The notes under the pieces are model-generated. The model searched no databases. It worked only from the letters and a program-made list of their open reading frames with translations, and was not told the origin of the DNA. Below are positions 60,210 to 64,000 of a DNA stretch of 64,000 bases, one piece after another (positions within the stretch are counted from its first letter, which is position 1; every line of letters begins with the position of its first letter). Both the position numbers and the translations under genes were made by a program. Source of the DNA: an uncultured archaeon (lineage in GTDB: Archaea; Asgardarchaeota; Lokiarchaeia; Sigyniarchaeales; SOKP01); NCBI GenBank assembly GCA_964486045.1, contig CAZALK010000015.1, positions 32,001 through 96,000 on the forward strand, read 5' to 3'.

Positions 60210-61325
60210 TTATGGCTTAGCATCTCTTTTATTTATTATTACCTCAATTTTCCGTGTCAGTGCTAGACTTAATCTACCCACTTGTACTTTTAATGAGGCC
60301 TTTCTTTCAAATTTCTTATAAATTTCCCTTAATATAAATCCCATTGAAAAAAATGCTGTGGCTGCAAAGACCCAAATGCTAATCAAATCTAGTTTGTTTA
60401 AGAAAAGAAAATACAATAAGTTATGAGCTAGGTAAATTGTGAGAGAATAGTACGAGTAGTAGAATATTAATTTATAGCTCCTTTTTGTTCTAAGAATATT
60501 AAATTTTTCGATCGTTAATAAGATAGAAAGCAAAAATAAATCAATTCCAATCGAATATACTACCCATGACAAACTTTCCCTTATCAGAAATTGAGGAAAC
60601 TGGATAAGAACACCAGACATTATCATAAAAATTCCAATTAAAGTTGTGGGAATTAACAATCTTTTTTTAAAGACTGAATTATTATTCTCTTCCTTATTCA
60701 TAGAACTAGTCTCATGGATTAAATCTCCTATAACAGTTCCGATTATGAAAAATGGGAAAAATATTAGAATCGGATCCTGGTGGATAATATTATACAGTAT
60801 ATGGAATATTAAACCAATAATATTCGATTCACCTTGAAATGGTAATAACCATGAAACAATAATAAAATGGACAAATAAAATTGCAAATGCAATGAAGATC
60901 CTAAAATATTTGTGAATCTTTAGTAGTGGCCAAGTTAAAAAAATTGAAACCGCCGAGGTTAATAACACAAACCACGTCCAAATCATAGTTGGATCTTTTA
61001 GTACAATCGCGGTTGGTATGTTGTAAATAATGGCGATTATGAAAATAAAGAATGCTCGAAGAAAATATGAATTTTTCACCATTCTATAATTAAATTCTTT
61101 CGATTCTTTTACTTCATTTAATCTACGTCTATGTGAAATAGTAATACTAACCCCTGAAATGAATAAAAAACCTGAGGCACCAATAGGGTCTATTATCATT
61201 ATCACTACCGTATGTAGCCAACTGTACTCAGTCTTTAACCACCAATCAATTAAATGAGCTAACACCATCCATCCCATACAAGCTCCACGAAATATATCAA
61301 TACTCCTTAATCTGCTAGGTTTCAT
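60210..61325 (-). CDS. DUF1624/HGSNAT-like membrane acyltransferase
   Basis: 'RLRSIDIFRG...M.L.H', 'FLFISGVS', 'SLTIYLAH'; about 10 TMs. Confidence 0.8.
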   Translation of the reverse strand: MKPSRLRSIDIFRGACMGWMVLAHLIDWWLKTEYSWLHTVVIMIIDPIGASGFLFISGVSITISHRRRLNEVKESKEFNYRMVKNSYFLRAFFIFIIAIIYNIPTAIVLKDPTMIWTWFVLLTSAVSIFLTWPLLKIHKYFRIFIAFAILFVHFIIVSWLLPFQGESNIIGLIFHILYNIIHQDPILIFFPFFIIGTVIGDLIHETSSMNKEENNNSVFKKRLLIPTTLIGIFMIMSGVLIQFPQFLIRESLSWVVYSIGIDLFLLSILLTIEKFNILRTKRSYKLIFYYSYYSLTIYLAHNLLYFLFLNKLDLISIWVFAATAFFSMGFILREIYKKFERKASLKVQVGRLSLALTRKIEVIINKRDAKP

Positions 61326-61427
61326 GTTTAAAAAGTTTTAATTATTGACTGTTTTTTGACCTCCAGTAAAATCAGTCTATTAGGAAGATTTAAAGCTGAA
61401 TATAATTAATATTGTTCCTTTAATACC

Positions 61428-62288
61428 TCAAATTGGCTTAATTCTCAATCCATTAATCAATTCGGAAGATTTACTTAGTGAAATGTCATTATCTAATAGT
61501 TTTTTCAAAATTTCTTTCAAAATTAATGTTTCATCCTGAGCTTCATTTAAATCATATGCTTCATTTTTTTGGTAGTTTATATTCTTAGATTTATTCTGTT
61601 TTATAATTTGGTAATAATTTTGAGAATTAACTTCAATACCTTTACGCGTTGCAATTAATAATGCAGAAATTTCATGCTTGGTCTTTACCCGTTTTCCTTT
61701 ATCTTGGATTTTAATTTTAGAAGTTTTTGATTCATCAATTAAATAAACTTTAATAGATTTTCGGTTTTTAAAAGTTTCATAAACTCGCTTTAATAAATCA
61801 ATAGTTACTGGTATGATCCCCCTACCAAATTTGAAGGTAAAACGCATAGGTTTTGAACCTTCCTTTTGAAAACAAAGAATATAATCATTAATAATTTCAA
61901 GAAGTTTTTCTTTTTTATAGATTGTGTGAGATTGTAAATAAAAATCATCCAAAAAAACGACAATTCCAATTTGGCTTGTACCTGGATCAATAGAAAATGT
62001 TAAATTTGAATAACTCTCCTTAAATTCTATTTTATATGCCGCTAATATTTTTAAAATATAATGGTGAAAATTTTCATTCTTGTCGTACGGAAGAATTTTC
62101 AATTTTTTATAGTTATCGTCAAATTTATGAATTTCTTCAGATGTTGTAAGAACTATCGAAGGAAGAGTATGGAATTTTCTTTGTACAGTTAGAATTTTGA
62201 AATTAACATTCAATCGAATCAATTCTCTGTTTAACTTATAGAAAAAATTTAAATTTTCAGTGAAGATGTATAATAATTTCTTAATCAT
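61428..62288 (-). CDS. RNase H-like (YqgF/RuvX-type) domain protein
   Basis: 'FSIDPGTSQIGIVV', 'LIDESKTS', 'HEISALLIA.RKG'. Confidence 0.65.
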   Translation of the reverse strand: MIKKLLYIFTENLNFFYKLNRELIRLNVNFKILTVQRKFHTLPSIVLTTSEEIHKFDDNYKKLKILPYDKNENFHHYILKILAAYKIEFKESYSNLTFSIDPGTSQIGIVVFLDDFYLQSHTIYKKEKLLEIINDYILCFQKEGSKPMRFTFKFGRGIIPVTIDLLKRVYETFKNRKSIKVYLIDESKTSKIKIQDKGKRVKTKHEISALLIATRKGIEVNSQNYYQIIKQNKSKNINYQKNEAYDLNEAQDETLILKEILKKLLDNDISLSKSSELINGLRIKPI

Positions 62289-62418
62289 GATTAACTGTCG
62301 TTAAATATATTATTATACAAAGGGAAAAAAAGTCTTTTGTAATACAAATGAGATATGTAGCAACCAAACGTAATACAATTGAAAGCAAGAATTTGAATAT
62401 AATAAATCTCTTTAAAAA

Positions 62419-62781
62419 TTAATCTTGAAAGTTTTTTAATAGAAACTTAAGGGCTTTAATTCCTTTATCTGATATTTTATACTTTATATATCCATCTTCT
62501 TTTCTCTTTCTATCACTTTTATCAATTAAATCATATCTCAAAAAGCATTTTATATATCTGAAAACCGAACTCCTTTTCATTATAGACATTTTAGAAATTT
62601 CTTCAATTAGGTTTTTACATAAAAGTTGAGGCTGTTCATTTATGAATTTAAGTAAAGTGATTCCTTTCTCGTTTAAAAAATTAATAATCGGAAGTCGATT
62701 ATCAAACCTGAACGTCAATGATTTTCTCATAACTAAAATATGGAGGTATTTTATAAAAATATATCTCAAAATTTGACACAT
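62419..62781 (-). CDS. Winged-helix DNA-binding protein
   Basis: 'RSSVFRYIKCF...DLI...Y.ISDKG..AL' wHTH pattern; start uncertain. Confidence 0.65.
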   Translation of the reverse strand: MCQILRYIFIKYLHILVMRKSLTFRFDNRLPIINFLNEKGITLLKFINEQPQLLCKNLIEEISKMSIMKRSSVFRYIKCFLRYDLIDKSDRKRKEDGYIKYKISDKGIKALKFLLKNFQD

Positions 62782-63017
62782 GTCAAAAAAATGTACATCT
62801 CTGAAATTTGTCGAGGAATCTAAAACATCTAATTTTATATTTTATTTTCAAATTTGATTTATATGGTTCACCCAATATTAACATAAAATTATCTAATAAG
62901 GGAAAATCCAAAATTTTGGGTAGAGTTTATATTTTTTAAAAATAATAATTATTATTAAATAATTTTAAATAAAATAATTGTTTACATATTATTTAGCATC
63001 TAAGAGATGGAGAGAGA

Positions 63018-63323
63018 ATGGAAGTATATACACCTGCTTTTATAAAGATTAGGGAATTACTTCAAGTAGAACTACTAAAATATATTGGCGAAAATATTGC
63101 CGTTAATTCCAATGATATAAATGAATTTATAATGGTTCTTAAAGAGAAAAGTAAACATGATAACAAAAATTTTAATTTAATTGAATTTACATATAGTTAC
63201 CCATATAGTTCTCAAGTTCAAGATTTATTAGTTGATTTAGTCAGACGATGTATCGTAAAGCAAACAAGAGATGGATATCAATTAACTAGCCATGGTCTAA
63301 GCTTGATTGGAAATGATATATGA
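63018..63323 (+). CDS. Small wHTH protein (YwgA-like)
   Basis: 'F..SYPYSSQVQDLLVDL....IV......YQLTSHG'; overlaps the HD gene by ATGA. Confidence 0.55.
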   Translation: MEVYTPAFIKIRELLQVELLKYIGENIAVNSNDINEFIMVLKEKSKHDNKNFNLIEFTYSYPYSSQVQDLLVDLVRRCIVKQTRDGYQLTSHGLSLIGNDI

Positions 63324-64000
63324 ACCTCAATAGCAAAATTAATGATATTATTAATTTTATTTTTGATAAATTTGGAATGACAGAAGATTTTCCAGAGAAA
63401 CCCAAATTACATATTCATGATAATGTTTTTGGAACCTTAACTTTTACTGATTATGAGCGAAAGGTTGTTAATTCTCCACTTTTACAGAGATTGACTCAAA
63501 TAACACAAATGGGATTAGCCAATTTTGTATATCCTGGTGCTGTTCATAATAGATTTTCTCATAGTCTAGGGGTGTCTCATATTTCTGCAAAAATTTATCG
63601 TCAATTAATGGAATCAGATACTGGACGTGACAAAACAAATATAAAAGAAGACATTAATACTTTGAAGTTAGCGGGATTACTTCATGATATTGGGCATTGT
63701 CCGTTCTCCCATGTTTCTGATGATGTTATCAAAACTTCAACTCATTTTAATGATATCCCTAAAGCTAATATTGATTCTGAGATTTGCTCTCGAACAGGTG
63801 AGCAAGGTGATAACAAAAATATCCATGAGTTTTTAGGGTTTCACCTTTTGAAATCTAATCGAGTAGAAAATTTAATAAATACAATTTATAAATGTGTCCC
63901 ATTTGATTTTGAATTAATTCCTTTATGTGTTACAGGCAATTTATTACCTTTTAATAATGAAAATGGTCTATGTCACCAAATTTTCGATGATAAATATAAG
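63320..64000 (+). CDS. HD-domain dNTP triphosphohydrolase (SAMHD1/YwfO-like), 3'-truncated by window edge
   Basis: Not in the ORF track. Translates MNLNSKIND...IHDNVFG...LQRLTQITQMGLANFVYPGAVHNRFSHSLGV...AGLLHDIGHCPFSH. Confidence 0.92.
   Translation, partial: MNLNSKINDIINFIFDKFGMTEDFPEKPKLHIHDNVFGTLTFTDYERKVVNSPLLQRLTQITQMGLANFVYPGAVHNRFSHSLGVSHISAKIYRQLMESDTGRDKTNIKEDINTLKLAGLLHDIGHCPFSHVSDDVIKTSTHFNDIPKANIDSEICSRTGEQGDNKNIHEFLGFHLLKSNRVENLINTIYKCVPFDFELIPLCVTGNLLPFNNENGLCHQIFDDKYK

Noticed and set aside
304-61990. Many short (60-155 aa) ORFs overlapping larger genes, e.g. 304-513, 7693-8013, 38224-38691, 53678-54010
   Set aside because: They are antisense or out-of-frame within well-supported CDSs and have no recognisable motifs.

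Overview
AT-rich archaeal chromosomal segment, most likely Asgard (Lokiarchaeia/Promethearchaeia). The assignment rests on Loki-CTERM-like 'PGY-TM-basic' tails, roadblock, longin-like, V4R/Bet3-like and ribophorin-I-like genes, and a BHB-intron tRNA. Housekeeping genes include leuS (partial), tpiA, hdrC, a thioredoxin, map, Sec61beta, Trm112-like, GPT/AglH, a dpp/opp ABC transporter, tlyA and tRNA-Gln. They alternate with accessory blocks of secreted or membrane-anchored repeat proteins (about 5.4-26.3 kb, 42.6-46.4 kb, 56.6-59.4 kb). The most striking signal recurs three times: an intact gene, then one or two cargo genes, then a start-less, in-frame second copy of the first gene's 3' end (20948-21037, 23591-23899, 59149-59388). 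These copies are diverged like orthologs, largely at synonymous sites. One junction is bounded by a diverged direct repeat of about 55 bp with a palindromic core, and another by a 13-bp inverted repeat. This suggests repeated additive capture of alternative alleles at variable slots, with no integrase or transposase visible in the window. Other notable items are a tRNA-Gln(UUG) with a T-loop (59/60) intron and C33, a bacterial/archaeal chimeric LeuRS, a 5-repeat putative DNA-binding nuclease, propeller repeats with position-specific hypervariability, and a wHTH + SAMHD1-like HD module at the right edge. All calls come from motif reading only; no searches were run.
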